Origin: an uncultured Candidatus Hydrogenedens sp.
Lineage (GTDB): Bacteria > Desulfobacterota_D > UBA1144
Length of the DNA stretch: 64,000 nt
Reading direction: 5' to 3'
NCBI GenBank assembly: GCA_902609885.1
Contig: CACLTT010000004.1
Coordinates: 75,556 to 139,555 of the forward strand
Below, in pieces: positions 9,544 through 19,907 of the stretch. Position 1 is the stretch's first letter; each line of letters opens with the position of its first letter. The position numbers were made by a program, and so were the translations under genes. Below the pieces are notes generated by a model. The model was not told the origin of the DNA, searched no databases, and saw nothing but the letters and a program-made list of their open reading frames with translations.

Positions 9544-10737
9544 ATGGAACTTTCTAAACTTGCAAAAGAATTGAAGCCGTCAGCCACTTTAGCAATAACT
9601 GCTAAGGCAAAGGAAATGAAAGCAAATGGAATTGATGTTATAGGATTTGGTGCAGGAGAGCCTGACTTCGACACACCTGAAAATATTAAAAACTATGCAA
9701 AAAGATTTATCGATAATGGATTTACTAAATATACTGCTGCTGGAGGAACTTTAGAGTTAAAAGAATCTATAATTAACAGAATTTCAGATGATTATGGAGT
9801 AATTTATGAACCTAAAGAAATATTTGTTGGATCGGGAGCCAAGCATGTTCTATACAACTTATTTCAAGTTTTAATAGACAAAGGGGATGAGGTAATAATT
9901 CCTTCACCTTACTGGGTCTCATACCCTGAGCAGGTCAGAATTGCTGGTGGATCACCTATAGTACTTAATACCTCACAAGATAATAATTTTAAGTTTTCTC
10001 CAGAGCAATTAGAAAATGTTATCACTCCTAAAACCAAAATATTAGTTCTAAACTATCCTTCTAATCCTACTGGATCAACCTTTACAAAGACTGAGTTGAT
10101 CAAAATTTCTGAAATAGTTAAAAAAAATAATTTAATTGTAGTTTCAGATGAAATTTATGACAAAATCTTATATGATGGTATAAAACATACCTCATTTATC
10201 CAAATTAGTGATGAAATAAAGAACTGTACAATCTTGGTTAATGGTGTTTCAAAAACTTATTCAATGACTGGCTGGAGAATTGGTTATGCTGCTGGAAATT
10301 CAGGTGTAATTTCTGCTATGGGTAATCTTTCAGGACAATCAACCTCAAATCCAACTTCAATTTCTCAAAAAGCTGCGCAAGAGGCTTTTTCTGGAGATCA
10401 AAATGAAGTTGTAAAAATGATTAATGAATTTGAATTAAGAAGAAATTATATATGTAATGAATTAAATAAGATCTATGGAATTAAATGCTCCATACCAAAT
10501 GGTGCTTTTTATGTTTTTCCTGATATATCAAGTTTTTTCGGTAAGAGATATAAAGATATCGAAATAAATAATTCAGTAGATTTCACTAACTTTCTCTTAA
10601 ATGAAGCAAGAGTTGCAGTTGTGCCAGGTATTGAATTTGGATTAGATAAAAATATCAGAATATCATATGCAACATCAATCGTAGATATCCGAGAAGGAGT
10701 AAAAAGAATTCGCGATGTTATTAATAAATATTGGTAA
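9544..10737 (+). CDS. class I pyridoxal-phosphate-dependent aminotransferase (aspartate aminotransferase-like)
   Basis: 397 aa with SKTYSMTGWRIGY (PLP-lysine region) and class I/II aminotransferase architecture. Confidence 0.85.
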   Translation: MELSKLAKELKPSATLAITAKAKEMKANGIDVIGFGAGEPDFDTPENIKNYAKRFIDNGFTKYTAAGGTLELKESIINRISDDYGVIYEPKEIFVGSGAKHVLYNLFQVLIDKGDEVIIPSPYWVSYPEQVRIAGGSPIVLNTSQDNNFKFSPEQLENVITPKTKILVLNYPSNPTGSTFTKTELIKISEIVKKNNLIVVSDEIYDKILYDGIKHTSFIQISDEIKNCTILVNGVSKTYSMTGWRIGYAAGNSGVISAMGNLSGQSTSNPTSISQKAAQEAFSGDQNEVVKMINEFELRRNYICNELNKIYGIKCSIPNGAFYVFPDISSFFGKRYKDIEINNSVDFTNFLLNEARVAVVPGIEFGLDKNIRISYATSIVDIREGVKRIRDVINKYW

Positions 10738-10753
10738 AATTGAATATTAGGTT

Positions 10754-10826
10754 TGGAGCCGAAGGGGATCGAACCCTCGACCTCTTGAATGCCATCCAAG
10801 CGCTCTCCCAGCTGAGCTACGGCCCC
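10754..10826 (-). tRNA. tRNA-Ala (anticodon GGC)
   Basis: Manual cloverleaf fold on the reverse strand. Acceptor GGGGCCG/CGGCTCC with the G3:U70 alanine identity pair. Anticodon loop AUGGCAU. T-loop TTCGATC. 73 nt, no encoded CCA. Confidence 0.9.
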
Positions 10827-10884
10827 AGATTTTTAAACATAAGTATAATTTGTTAGAATATAAGAATCTATTTAAAATTCAATT

Positions 10885-12153
10885 ATGAGAAAAATTAATT
10901 TAGGACTTATTGGTTTGGGCACTATTGGCGAAGGTGTTTATAAACTATTAAAATCACAAAAAAATAGAATAAAAAAAATATATAATATTGATATTAATTT
11001 AGTCAAATCATGTGATATATCTCAAAGTTTAGGAAAAAAACTTAAAATTCAAAAAAAATTTTTTACTAATAATTACTCTGATTTAATAAATGATGCCAAT
11101 ATTGATACTATTGTTGAATTGATAGGTGGTACTACTATTGCAAATAAAATTGCTATTGATTGTCTTAATTCAGGAAAAAACTTTATAACTGCAAATAAAG
11201 CTCTGATTGCAAAAAATGGTACCTATCTTCATAAGCTAGCAGAAAAGAAAAATGTGCATTTACTTTATGAAGCTAGTGTTGGCGGTGGAATTCCAATCCT
11301 TAATTCAATTGAAAACTCGATAAATATTAATAATATTAAATCTTTTTATGGAATTATGAATGGTACTTGCAATTATATTTTATCATTAATGTCCGATGGA
11401 GTTGATTTTGATGAGGCGCTAAAAAATGCACAAAATTTGGGATTTGCTGAATCAGATCCAACATTAGATATTAATGGTACAGATACTGCACATAAAGTAG
11501 CAATATTATCTAGAAGTTGCTTTGGGTTCGATGCAAAAATAGAAAAGTTTCATATTTCCGGAATTGAAGATATATCAAAAATTGATATTGAAACCGCTAA
11601 TCAACTTGGATATAAAATTAAATTAATCGGCGTAGGAAAAATCAAAGGAGATAAAGTTGATCTTAGAGTACATTTAGCTTTATTAAAAAATAGCAACCCA
11701 CTTACAAATGTTAATGAAGAATTTAATGCTATATTAATTGATTCTAAAAATCTTGGTCCAATTATGAAATATGGCTATGGTGCAGGAATGATGCCGACAG
11801 CAAGTGCAATAATAAGTGATATAATAAAAACCTCGTCATATTATAAATCCTCAAGGCAATCATTAAAAAAATATAGCTCTTTCAATATTGATAATTTAAA
11901 AAGTAAATTTTATTTAAGATTAAATGTTAAAAATAATCCCGGTAACCTTGCAAAAATTACTACTATATTTGCAAAATATTCAATAAACATTGAGAAAATT
12001 CTACAAGATACAAAAAATAAAAAAATAAAAGATGTGCCTGTAATAATAACTACAAAAAATACAAGCTATAAAATAATAAATAAAGTAATAAACCAATTAG
12101 ACAAATTATCTATAATTTCCAAAAATCCATTACTAATACCATTTGAGGATTAA
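10885..12153 (+). CDS. hom: homoserine dehydrogenase
   Basis: GLIGLGTIGEGV NAD-binding N-terminus, catalytic domain and C-terminal ACT domain. Confidence 0.85.
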   Translation: MRKINLGLIGLGTIGEGVYKLLKSQKNRIKKIYNIDINLVKSCDISQSLGKKLKIQKKFFTNNYSDLINDANIDTIVELIGGTTIANKIAIDCLNSGKNFITANKALIAKNGTYLHKLAEKKNVHLLYEASVGGGIPILNSIENSININNIKSFYGIMNGTCNYILSLMSDGVDFDEALKNAQNLGFAESDPTLDINGTDTAHKVAILSRSCFGFDAKIEKFHISGIEDISKIDIETANQLGYKIKLIGVGKIKGDKVDLRVHLALLKNSNPLTNVNEEFNAILIDSKNLGPIMKYGYGAGMMPTASAIISDIIKTSSYYKSSRQSLKKYSSFNIDNLKSKFYLRLNVKNNPGNLAKITTIFAKYSINIEKILQDTKNKKIKDVPVIITTKNTSYKIINKVINQLDKLSIISKNPLLIPFED

Positions 12154-12155
12154 AA

Positions 12156-13220
12156 TTGAATAATGATAATATCTTTGAGAATTTGGCATTAGAGAATATT
12201 CTCGAAGGACTATTGTTATGTGATAAAGATTTAAATTTAAAATATATTAATCAGGAAGCACAAAGTCTAATTGGATATTCTGAAAAACAAATAAAAAAAA
12301 TGGAATTTAAAAATGTTTTTGGTGAGAAAATTTTTGATGAGATAATATTATGTATAAAAAGCCAATCTCCAAAAATATTGAGAGATATCTTTCTGATAGA
12401 TAAGTTTTCAAATGAAATTAATGTTCATATATTTATTAATCCTACTATATTTATGAGCAATAAAAAAACAGAATTTGAATATGTTCTAATTCAATTGTTC
12501 AATTTAGAGGGAAGAAACGTTCTTTATAAGCAAAATAAATTTGATGATGAAGAGAAAATCATGAGTCAACTTTTTCATGGATTAGCTCATGAAATAAAGA
12601 ATCCTTTAGCGGGCATAAAAGGCGCAGCTCAAATAATTAATAGTACTAATGTCGAAAAAGATGAAATTATAGAATGTTCTAAAATTATCGAAAGTGAATC
12701 AGAAAGGTTATCAAAGCTTGTAAATACATTCAAATATTTACAACCAAGTAATAAAGAGAGTTTTGAGATTGTTGATATTGGTGAAGCTATAAAAGATTCT
12801 ATCAAAATTTGTGAACTTGATAATAAAAATAAAAGTATATCATTAACTTATGAAACCTTTACTGAATCATTAAATATTAAAGCTAATAAAGAATTATTAA
12901 AAATTGTATTCATAAATTTGATAAAAAATGCTTATGATTCAATCCCCAATGAGGGTGTTGTCACAGTGAGAACAAAGATAAATAAAAAATATAAATTGAA
13001 CAAGAAAAATTTTATAATAATTGAAATTATAGATAATGGTAAAGGTATTAGTAAATCAGATATTAAGAAACTATTTAAACCCTTTTTTACTACCAAAAAG
13101 AGTGGACAGGGAATCGGATTATTTATAAGTCAAAAAATCATAAATAAATTTGATGGGTACATTGAAGCTGTATGTATAAATAAAGAAACTATTTTTACAG
13201 TTTATTTACCAGAAAATTAG
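12156..13220 (+). CDS. ntrB: cytoplasmic PAS sensor histidine kinase, NtrB-like
   Basis: No TM segments. PAS-like N-terminus. HisKA H-box HGLAHEIKNPLAGI. HATPase_c with N, G1 and G2 boxes (DNGKGI, GQGIGL). Adjacent to a sigma-54 activator. Confidence 0.75.
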   Translation: MNNDNIFENLALENILEGLLLCDKDLNLKYINQEAQSLIGYSEKQIKKMEFKNVFGEKIFDEIILCIKSQSPKILRDIFLIDKFSNEINVHIFINPTIFMSNKKTEFEYVLIQLFNLEGRNVLYKQNKFDDEEKIMSQLFHGLAHEIKNPLAGIKGAAQIINSTNVEKDEIIECSKIIESESERLSKLVNTFKYLQPSNKESFEIVDIGEAIKDSIKICELDNKNKSISLTYETFTESLNIKANKELLKIVFINLIKNAYDSIPNEGVVTVRTKINKKYKLNKKNFIIIEIIDNGKGISKSDIKKLFKPFFTTKKSGQGIGLFISQKIINKFDGYIEAVCINKETIFTVYLPEN

Positions 13221-13243
13221 ATTTTTGAGTATAATTTTAAACT

Positions 13244-14677
13244 ATGGAAAAAAATATTTTAATAGTTGATGATGAACCAAACATTATCAAAGTCCTAGAT
13301 TTGTTTCTAAAAAAAGAGGGATTTAATATTGATAGTGCCTCTTCAATTTCTGAGACATATAAAAAGCTTAAGAAAAAAGAATATTTTATGATTTTTTTGG
13401 ATATTAATTTACCTGATGGAAAATCTCTGGACTATTTCGATAAAATTAAATCAATTTCTAACAACTCTTCAATAATTGTTATGACTGCACAAGATAATAT
13501 GGATAATGCAATTAATTCTATGAAGCTGGGCGCATATGATTATTTAGATAAGCCCATAAATCTAAATAGTGATTTACTACTTTTAGCAGAAAGGGCAATG
13601 AAAAATTATTTAAAAAATTTACAAATTCAAAATTTGGAAAATGATATTGATAGTATAAAAAAAGATAATTTTGAAGTTGTAGGTAAATCGTCATCTATTC
13701 AAAAAATCTTCAAAGATATAGGAAAAATTTCTAACAGTGATCATACTGTACTAATTAGGGGTGAGTCTGGAACGGGGAAGGAAATGATTGGTAGAGCAAT
13801 TCATACAAATAGCCTCAACAATAAAGGTCCTTACATTCAAGTAAATGTTACTGCTATACCAGGAGATTTATTAGAAAGTGAATTGTTTGGATATGAGAAA
13901 GGTGCATTTACAGGAGCAGAAAAAAAGAAGTCAGGAAGATTCGAAGAAGCTGATAACGGAACAATATTGCTTGACGAAATTGGTGATATGTCAATTGATT
14001 TACAGAGTAAACTTCTTAGGGTTATAGAAGAAAAAAAATTTTATAAGCTTGGATCACAAAAACCAACCAGTTTTAATTGTAGAATAATCGCCTCTACAAA
14101 TAAAAATCTTGAAGAATTAATAAATGAAAAAAAATTTAGAGATGACTTATTTTATAGACTTAATACAATATCTATTGATATTCCCCCTCTTAGAGATAGA
14201 AAAGAGGATGTTCCACATTTAATTTCATATTTCCTTGAAAAATATCCTGATCACAATAATGGAATTAAAACTGTTGATAATGAAATAATTGAAATTTTTA
14301 TGAAATATGACTGGCCCGGGAATGTGAGAGAATTAGAAAATACAATTAAAAAATTGATAATTATGTCTAACAATTCTCATTTGACTGCGGATGATATTGA
14401 TGATCATTTTCCAAAAATATATGAAGTTTCATCAGATAATTTTGCAAATTTAAACTATAACCTACTAATTGATACAATTTTAACCAAAGATGAATCTGAA
14501 GAAAATAAGTATCAAAATATATTGAGAAAAGTTAAAACTACAATCATAGAAAGCACATTGATCAAATTTAAAGGGGACAAGAAAAAAACAACTGATGAAT
14601 TAGGAATAAATAATAAAGATTTTGATAAACTATTAAAAGATTTAAAAATTTCTCAAAATTTATTTAAATCTGACTGA
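13244..14677 (+). CDS. ntrC: sigma-54-dependent response regulator (NtrC family)
   Basis: Receiver domain (DDEP, phospho-Asp FLDINLPD). AAA+ domain with Walker A GESGTGKE and the GAFTGA sigma-54 contact motif. C-terminal HTH. Confidence 0.85.
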   Translation: MEKNILIVDDEPNIIKVLDLFLKKEGFNIDSASSISETYKKLKKKEYFMIFLDINLPDGKSLDYFDKIKSISNNSSIIVMTAQDNMDNAINSMKLGAYDYLDKPINLNSDLLLLAERAMKNYLKNLQIQNLENDIDSIKKDNFEVVGKSSSIQKIFKDIGKISNSDHTVLIRGESGTGKEMIGRAIHTNSLNNKGPYIQVNVTAIPGDLLESELFGYEKGAFTGAEKKKSGRFEEADNGTILLDEIGDMSIDLQSKLLRVIEEKKFYKLGSQKPTSFNCRIIASTNKNLEELINEKKFRDDLFYRLNTISIDIPPLRDRKEDVPHLISYFLEKYPDHNNGIKTVDNEIIEIFMKYDWPGNVRELENTIKKLIIMSNNSHLTADDIDDHFPKIYEVSSDNFANLNYNLLIDTILTKDESEENKYQNILRKVKTTIIESTLIKFKGDKKKTTDELGINNKDFDKLLKDLKISQNLFKSD

Positions 14678-15326
14678 ATTTAATTAAAACTTTTTTAGCT
14701 GCATTATTTTGTGCTTCTTTTTTCGTTTTTCCCACTCCAAAAGATAATTTTATTTTTCTGTCATGAAGGGATACATTGTATTTTTTTTTGTGAGCTGGGC
14801 CGGTTATAGAATATGTTTTATAAATTGGGACATAACCGTAATTCTTTTGAAAAAATACTTGTATTTGAGATTTATAATCAAAGTATTTAAATTTATTAAA
14901 ATCAATATTTAGTAAAGTTTTTTTAATAAACTTTTCGGATTGTAAAATTCCAGAATCAATAAAAATGCCTCCAATAACAGCTTCATACATACATGATAAA
15001 GTTGAATCTTTTCTTTTACCATTAGTTTTAATTTCACCTTTACCTAATAATAAATAGTTATGAAATTTATATTTTTTTGCACAATCGGCTAAGGATTTTT
15101 TACTTACTAATTGATTTTTCATAATAGATAATTTACCTTCAGAATAATTTGAAAACTTCAAAAATAAATATTTTGATACAATGACACTTAATACCGAATC
15201 CCCCAAGAACTCTAAACGTTCGTTATTTGGAACCCTAAATTCATTTGAAAAGGATTTGTGAGTTAAACATTGCTTTAAAAGCGCTTTATCCTTAAATTTG
15301 TACCCAATAATACTCTCAAATTTCAT
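14664..15326 (-). CDS. rnc: ribonuclease III
   Basis: RNase III signature ERLEFLGDSVL plus a C-terminal dsRBD (KKEAQNNAAKKVL). Confidence 0.9.
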   Translation of the reverse strand: MKFESIIGYKFKDKALLKQCLTHKSFSNEFRVPNNERLEFLGDSVLSVIVSKYLFLKFSNYSEGKLSIMKNQLVSKKSLADCAKKYKFHNYLLLGKGEIKTNGKRKDSTLSCMYEAVIGGIFIDSGILQSEKFIKKTLLNIDFNKFKYFDYKSQIQVFFQKNYGYVPIYKTYSITGPAHKKKYNVSLHDRKIKLSFGVGKTKKEAQNNAAKKVLIKFSQI

Positions 15327-15431
15327 ATAAAAAACTTATCATAAATTACATTTTTAATAAATTAAAAAAAGTTGTAAATAAACCTTATTGATGTAAATTT
15401 AATAATGGGCTTTTTCCCGTAGGTTAATAGC

Positions 15432-16376
15432 ATGTCGAATCCATTTGAAACTTTAAAGTCCGAACTCGATGAATTAGTAGTAGGCCATAATGAAGTAAAG
15501 ACTGCATTACTGCTTGGTATAGTGGCAAGAGAACATATATACATACAGGGTCCTCCTGGAACGGCTAAAACCATGCTTTCAGAAATTGTTTCTAAATCTG
15601 CTGAACTAAACTTTTTCTTTTATCAAATGCATAGGGATACAAGATTGTCTGAATTAGTTGGGGATTTGGTAATTTCACGTGAAAATACTAATGACGGAGA
15701 AATTATTAAACAGAACATTATCAAAGGTGGGATTCTTACTTCAGATATTTGTTTACTTGATGATATTTCAAGAGCTCCTGGTGAGTCTTTAAATGTTCTT
15801 TTAAGGATTTTAAATGAAAGAAAATATGGTGATGAAAATATTCCACTATTGACTGCAATCGCCACCAGCAACCCTACAGCTGATGAATACTATAACGAAC
15901 CTCTTGATCCTGCTAACTTAGACAGATTTGTTATCCAAGTTAATTCAAAAGGTATTTCTTATTCTAAGCAATGGGATGATGTAAAAAAAATTATCAGCTT
16001 ATATTCTACAAAATCTGGATCTAATGAATTTATAGCAAAAGTTGGAAAAAAAGCTCTTGATGATAGTTTCAAAAAACAAGAAAAAGTTGTGATACCAGTC
16101 GAAGTTCAAGAAGGTTTAGCTTCCTTTATTAATTGGCTAGTTGAAGACCAAAGATTAAACGAAACTAATTCTGTTATTTCCGATAGAACATTTTTAGTAA
16201 AATCATTAAAGCTTATTAAAGCAAATGCGGTAATTAATAATAGGGATGAATCAGACTTGTCTGATTTAAAAGTTCTCAGATTTCTTCTTCCTTTCAGAGT
16301 CCCCGAAGACATACTAGAAGCAGCTGAACAAAAACTAGAATCTTTTGAGAACCAAAAAAAAAAGACCAAAAAATAG
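15432..16376 (+). CDS. MoxR/RavA-like AAA+ ATPase
   Basis: Walker A IQGPPGTAKTM; Walker B LLDDISRA; sensor and arginine-finger regions. Paired with a downstream VWA gene. Confidence 0.8.
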   Translation: MSNPFETLKSELDELVVGHNEVKTALLLGIVAREHIYIQGPPGTAKTMLSEIVSKSAELNFFFYQMHRDTRLSELVGDLVISRENTNDGEIIKQNIIKGGILTSDICLLDDISRAPGESLNVLLRILNERKYGDENIPLLTAIATSNPTADEYYNEPLDPANLDRFVIQVNSKGISYSKQWDDVKKIISLYSTKSGSNEFIAKVGKKALDDSFKKQEKVVIPVEVQEGLASFINWLVEDQRLNETNSVISDRTFLVKSLKLIKANAVINNRDESDLSDLKVLRFLLPFRVPEDILEAAEQKLESFENQKKKTKK

Positions 16377-16477
16377 AGAATAAACAGAAGAAAGAAGGCG
16401 GGGAATATGAGAAGGACTCTCCTAATAAACAAGCCGGAGATAATCAAGATAAAGATTCCGATTTAACGGAAGAACAA

Positions 16478-17533
16478 ATGAGTGATGCTGAGAATTCTTT
16501 TATGCAGGCGCTTGATGAACTACAAGATAATTTGACTAGTGAAGATAATTCCAGACCATTAGACTCCGATGAGAAAATTCCTACTAATCCATCCAATAAA
16601 AGTGAAGATGATGGAGAAGGAGATATGAACAATACACCACTTTCCGAAAAAGTATATGCTACAAAATCTAAACGATCTGGAGATACTGATGCAAATAAAG
16701 TAGGCACCGAGGAAAATCAAGAAATCGCACAAAATGTTCAAATTGTTATGAAAGTCTTAGAGGGCAATATACAAAGAAGTATAGCAAAAAGAGGAAATTA
16801 TCCTGGGGGGCTACCAAGAAGATACAAAAGAATGAATTCATTTTATGAAATTGATGATGTTGATCCTATTGATGCAGCAATATGGTCTAAAAATTTATCA
16901 CCTCAATTACCAAGAGTTCATCAACGAGAGAAAGAAATGATGGGAGGAGAGATTGCAATACTTAGAGATATAAGCACTTCAATGATGGGAGTATATAGTG
17001 AGTGGTCATCCTCGGTTGTTAAAGCTGTTATTGAATTAGCCAGAACAAAAAGAATGAGGGTTGGATATATCGAATTTAATCATAAATCATATAAAACGAT
17101 AGTTGAAGAAAAATTTTTCACTAAGGAGTATGAGACAATTCTTGAACAAGCATCAAAAACCGAATGTTCGGGAAATACAAATTATGAAGAATCTTTAAAG
17201 GATGCAATATCAGATTTCAAAGGTAGAGGGTTAAGAAATAAACATATATTATTTATCACTGACGGTATACCCACTTCTGGTGATACAGAAGTAAAACGTG
17301 AAAGAGAAAGAGCAAAAAAATTAGGAATATGTATTCATTCAATTTTTATAGGGTCTAAAAATTTTCCATTTATATTAAATACTATATCAAAAGAAACCTA
17401 TGGATCTCAATTTGTAGCATATAGAGCAAAGGCAGGTAATATAAAAATTGAAAAAAAGGAAAATAGCTTACAATTTAAAAAACAAGTTCCTACAGAAGAC
17501 CCAGACAGTGAAAATCTTTTAGATTTTATATAG
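16478..17533 (+). CDS. VWA-domain protein (ViaA-like MoxR partner) with an acidic N-terminal region
   Basis: MIDAS motif DISTSM (DxSxS) and ...FITDGIPTSGD of a von Willebrand A domain. Its reading frame is open upstream to 16349, overlapping the ATPase gene end. Confidence 0.75.
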   Translation: MSDAENSFMQALDELQDNLTSEDNSRPLDSDEKIPTNPSNKSEDDGEGDMNNTPLSEKVYATKSKRSGDTDANKVGTEENQEIAQNVQIVMKVLEGNIQRSIAKRGNYPGGLPRRYKRMNSFYEIDDVDPIDAAIWSKNLSPQLPRVHQREKEMMGGEIAILRDISTSMMGVYSEWSSSVVKAVIELARTKRMRVGYIEFNHKSYKTIVEEKFFTKEYETILEQASKTECSGNTNYEESLKDAISDFKGRGLRNKHILFITDGIPTSGDTEVKRERERAKKLGICIHSIFIGSKNFPFILNTISKETYGSQFVAYRAKAGNIKIEKKENSLQFKKQVPTEDPDSENLLDFI

Positions 17534-18683
17534 TCTTTTCAATAATTAAATTATCCCTATGAATGATTTCATCTGAATATTTATACCCAAGAATACTCTC
17601 AATTTGTGAAGATTTTTTACCGATTATTTTATTTAACTCAGTAGAACTATATGAGATCAACCCTTTTGCAATATTTTCAGAATTTGAATCATTTATTATT
17701 AGAACCTGCTGTCCTTTTTCAAAAGTGCCTTGAACATTTTTAATACCCGAAGGTAATAAACTTTTTCCTTTATGAATAATTGCACTAGCAGCACCATTAT
17801 CAATAAAAATCTTTCCTGATGTTTTTAGACCTATACCAATCCACTTTTTTCTATTCTTCACAAATTTATCTGACGGAATAATCATTGTTCCTATATCTTT
17901 ATAAGAAAAAATCTTATTTATAATATTTTTTTTCATACCATTTGCGATAATTGTTGGTATACCAAATTTTGAAACATTTAATGCGGCATAAATCTTTGAA
18001 GTCATTCCACCTGCAGAAATATTATCATCTGTGTCAGATAAAATTTTACTATCAAACTCCTTTTCAGAAATTAAATTGATTAGTTTTGCATTTTTATTTT
18101 TTTTTGGATTACCATTATAAAGCCCATCAATGTCAGTCAATAAAATAAGAAATTCAGCATCAACCATCGAAGCTACTTTGGATGCAAGAATATCATTGTC
18201 ACCAAACATTATTTCATCAATTGAAACTGTATCATTTTCATTGACAATAGGAATAATATTCATTTTTAATAATTCTAAAATAGTTGCTCTTGCATTCAAA
18301 AATCTTTTTCTATTTTGAAAAATATCGTTTGTTAGGAGTAACTGGGAAACAAGAATATTTTTTTCTTGAAAAAATTCTGAATAAATCGTCATAAGTTTAA
18401 TTTGACCGAGCGATGATAAAACCTGCTTTTTAATAATATTAGTATTTTTAACATTGATATTTAAATATTCATTACCTGCTAAAATTGCTCCAGAAGTAAT
18501 CAATATTACCTCAATATCCCTTTTTCTTAATTCATGTATTGATATTGTTAGATTTTGGATAATTCTTCTGCTTATTTTATTTTTTCCATTAGATAGAGCT
18601 TTTGATCCAATTTTTATAATAACTCTTCTTACTTTATTTAAATAATTCTCTCTAATTTCCTTCATTGTAAATCCTATTGACAT
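17526..18683 (-). CDS. proB: glutamate 5-kinase with C-terminal PUA domain
   Basis: RRVIIKIGSKALS amino-acid-kinase N-terminus, a carbamate-kinase fold, and a PUA domain at the C-terminus. Confidence 0.85.
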   Translation of the reverse strand: MSIGFTMKEIRENYLNKVRRVIIKIGSKALSNGKNKISRRIIQNLTISIHELRKRDIEVILITSGAILAGNEYLNINVKNTNIIKKQVLSSLGQIKLMTIYSEFFQEKNILVSQLLLTNDIFQNRKRFLNARATILELLKMNIIPIVNENDTVSIDEIMFGDNDILASKVASMVDAEFLILLTDIDGLYNGNPKKNKNAKLINLISEKEFDSKILSDTDDNISAGGMTSKIYAALNVSKFGIPTIIANGMKKNIINKIFSYKDIGTMIIPSDKFVKNRKKWIGIGLKTSGKIFIDNGAASAIIHKGKSLLPSGIKNVQGTFEKGQQVLIINDSNSENIAKGLISYSSTELNKIIGKKSSQIESILGYKYSDEIIHRDNLIIEKTI

Positions 18684-18703
18684 AAAAAATATAGAAGTAT
18701 AAT
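18677..18703 (+). promoter_or_regulatory. candidate sigma-70 promoter for tRNA-Gly (TTGACA-15 nt-TATAAT)
   Basis: Consensus -35 (18677-18682) and -10 (18698-18703) hexamers. The -10 lies 17 nt upstream of the tRNA 5' end. The 15-nt spacer is one short of optimal. Confidence 0.4.
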
Positions 18704-18720
18704 TAATGAATGTCTAGTCT

Positions 18721-18798
<78 letters not shown>

Positions 18799-18799
18799 T

Positions 18800-19405
18800 T
18801 TAATATATTGGTGTAAATTTATCAGTATTCTCTACTCTTTCTATCCATTTTAAAATATTCTCATATTCATCTAAGAAAATTTCTCCTTCATATGATAATT
18901 TTATATAAGGGTACATCGCAATATCTGCAATTGAATATTCACTGGAAAAAAAATTAGAAGTTTTTAAATAATTATCTATTACTTTTAAAGACTTAATTCC
19001 TTCAATTTTTAAATATTTTAATTCATTTAGGTCTTGCTTATCATCTGGATAAAATTTTTTAATGGCTCTGGCTTTAGCTAAAAAAGGATCAACAGATGTT
19101 TTATTATAGATAAGCCATGAATAAATCTTAGCCCTACTCTCTATAGAATTAGAAACTAATTTAGATTTATACTTATCACATAAATATAAAAGAATTGCAT
19201 TGGATTCATTTAAGATTAAACCACCATCATTAATTACAGGAATTTTCATAGCAGGGTTAATTTCTTTAAAAAAATCTTTTTTATTCTCGCCTTTAAAGAC
19301 GTCTATTTCAATACTCTCAAAATCCAAAGACAATTGGCTTAATAATAATCTAACCTTATAGCAATTTCCTGATAATTCGTGATCATATAGTTTAATTATA
19401 TTCAT
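18800..19405 (-). CDS. glutathione S-transferase family protein
   Basis: N-terminal thioredoxin-like GST domain ([18 protein letters not shown]...IPVINDGGLILNESNAILLYL) and a C-terminal helical domain. Confidence 0.8.
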   Translation of the reverse strand: MNIIKLYDHELSGNCYKVRLLLSQLSLDFESIEIDVFKGENKKDFFKEINPAMKIPVINDGGLILNESNAILLYLCDKYKSKLVSNSIESRAKIYSWLIYNKTSVDPFLAKARAIKKFYPDDKQDLNELKYLKIEGIKSLKVIDNYLKTSNFFSSEYSIADIAMYPYIKLSYEGEIFLDEYENILKWIERVENTDKFTPIY

Positions 19406-19907
19406 TTTTAATTTTTAAAAACTCCATATAAAATTTTTCACCAAAATACCTTTTAAGTAAAATATCATTAATGAGCTTATAAGTTAAAAATCCTACAACT
19501 AAAATCATATTGTTATTTTTAATTTGAACCTCGACATTGACATCCAAATCAGACTTAACAATTTTGGTAACTAATGCTTTTAAGTTTATTTCTGGCTCAA
19601 CTTTATTTAAATATTCAATTGATAATTTTGTTGTCAATCCTACAGTCTTATATTTATTAAACATTGCCCAAAATCCTATTTCATCAATTATAGTAGCTTG
19701 AACCCCTCCGTGGATAATATTTGGAAATCCTGTATATAGTCTATTAAGTTTAAAATCTGAATAGCAGAGTTCCCCATCCTGAACAATATCCAGTTTTAAA
19801 CCAAACTTATTTTGAGAGGAGCATGCAAACGAATTATAATTAGTATATTTTTCAAATAAATTTTTTAATTTTTCGCAGATATTAGTCGTCATCTTCTTTC
19901 TCATCAA
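19392..19907 (-). CDS. hotdog-fold thioesterase (PaaI/YbgC-like)
   Basis: [20 protein letters not shown] core motif of PaaI-type thioesterases. The start is probably an internal Met (MTTNI...) to limit overlap with gyrA. Confidence 0.6.
   Translation of the reverse strand: MMRKKMTTNICEKLKNLFEKYTNYNSFACSSQNKFGLKLDIVQDGELCYSDFKLNRLYTGFPNIIHGGVQATIIDEIGFWAMFNKYKTVGLTTKLSIEYLNKVEPEINLKALVTKIVKSDLDVNVEVQIKNNNMILVVGFLTYKLINDILLKRYFGEKFYMEFLKIKNEYN

Noticed and set aside
10509-10799. 96-aa ORF overlapping tRNA-Ala, and the 72-aa ORF at 25493-25711 overlapping tRNA-Phe
   Set aside because: Both are translations through structured tRNA genes and adjacent intergenic sequence. The tRNAs fold into canonical cloverleaves, which explains the sequence.
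16407-16466. 19-codon mini-ORF (MRRTLLINKPEIIKIKIPI) between the MoxR-like and VWA genes
   Set aside because: It is in the ATPase frame after its stop, with no SD. The region is better explained as the upstream open extension of the VWA frame.
16444-16741. 87-aa and 60-aa ORFs antisense to the acidic N-terminus of the VWA gene
   Set aside because: They are Ser/Leu-rich mirror images of the Glu/Asp-rich sense strand. They are artefactual.
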